DNA of 64,000 nt from Chiloscyllium plagiosum. Lineage: Eukaryota. Location of the stretch: NCBI RefSeq assembly GCF_004010195.1, contig NC_057720.1:15454430-15518429 (forward strand). The letters are read 5' to 3'. The notes under the pieces were generated by a model that saw only the letters and a program-made list of their open reading frames with translations, did not search any database and was not told the DNA's origin. Both the position numbers and the translations under genes were made by a program. The stretch's first letter is position 1; every line of letters begins with the position of its first letter. Shown in pieces: positions 63,025 to 64,000 of the stretch.

Positions 63025-64000
63025 GAGGGTGATGACATAATAGGAGCTGGACTAGAAATCTAAAGACCTTGATAAAGTTCTGTGGCCTATGTCTGTATCT
63101 GACTGTGAATGATGGTGGAACTTGAATTCAATAAATATCTGAATTAAAAGTCGAATGGTGATCATGAAATGGTTGCCATAAAAACACACCTAGTTCTCGG
63201 ATGTCCCTCAAGGAAGAAAACCTGCCGTGTTTCCCTGGTCTACATGCCTTCACTGCTCTTTGAACTGTCTGAAAAAACAATTCCATCACAATAACTGCTG
63301 AAAGTCTCAAGAAAAGGAATAAATCCAGATGGACCATCGGCAATGACAAAATCAACAAAAGCAACCACAGCGCTGTTGACCCTTGCGGACAAAGTTGGGA
63401 AAGATGAATAAAGAAATAGCCTGATATAGTCATACTCACTGAATCATTACACACAAAGTCCCAGGTAACAACATCTACACTACTAGGCATGTCCTGTCCC
63501 ACTGGTAGGACAGACCCAGCATCGGTTGTGGCACATTCGGGAGGAAATTACCCAGAGAGTCATCAACATTGACTCTGGACCCCGTGAGCAAAACAAATCC
63601 TGCTGATTAGTATGTACTGCTCTCCCTCGATTGATGAATTGATACTCCTCCATGTTGAACAACACTTGGAGGAAGCACTGGGAGTTCCAAGGGCTTAAAA
63701 TGTAATCTGGGTGGGACATTACAATGTCCACCACCAAGACTGGCTTGGCAGCAACACTACTGACCAAGCTGGTCAGGTCTAAAGGACATAGCTGTCAGGC
63801 TGTGTCTGCGGCAGGAGGTGAGAGAACTAACAAGAGGGAAAACACACACTTGACCTCATCCTTACCAATCTGTTACCTGCACATGCATCTATCCATGACA
63901 GTAAAGGACATAGCTGTCAGGCTGTGTCTGCGGCAGGAGGTGAGAGAACCAACAAGAGGGAAAAACACACTTGACCTCATCCTTACCAATCTGTTACCTG
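63025..64000 (+). mobile_element. LINE 5' end: SINE-like head followed by degenerate AP-endonuclease domain
   Basis: Degenerate LLHVEQHLEEAL, WVG(h/d)..NVHHQDWLGSNTTDQAG, PTRG..LDLILTN motifs; the head matches the second SINE family. Confidence 0.75.

Overview
This is vertebrate genomic DNA, almost certainly from a cartilaginous fish. The repeat set (HE1-type tRNA SINEs, CR1/HER1-type LINEs, a Deu-domain SINE) points to a shark, plausibly a bamboo/carpet shark (inference). I found no intact host protein-coding gene; nearly every ORF in the track is a transposon fragment, a microsatellite or an N-gap. The window looks intronic or intergenic. It holds CR1 fragments (one with ORF1 zinc finger plus SGNH esterase), Rex/Babar and L2 remnants, about 12 HE1 SINEs, a Tigger-like MITE, a solo LTR with a 5-bp TSD and two assembly gaps. 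The notable signal is about 20 insertions from several Penelope-like (GIY-YIG) retroelement families. Many are short palindromes with 10-17 bp target-site duplications, and each family carries a minimal type-I hammerhead ribozyme motif (CUGAnGA-stemII-GAAA-palindrome-UH) with family-specific compensatory stems. Several motifs are intact, and the junction of the two inverted arms repeatedly falls at the ribozyme. Repeat boundaries were read by eye and are approximate unless TSD coordinates are given.
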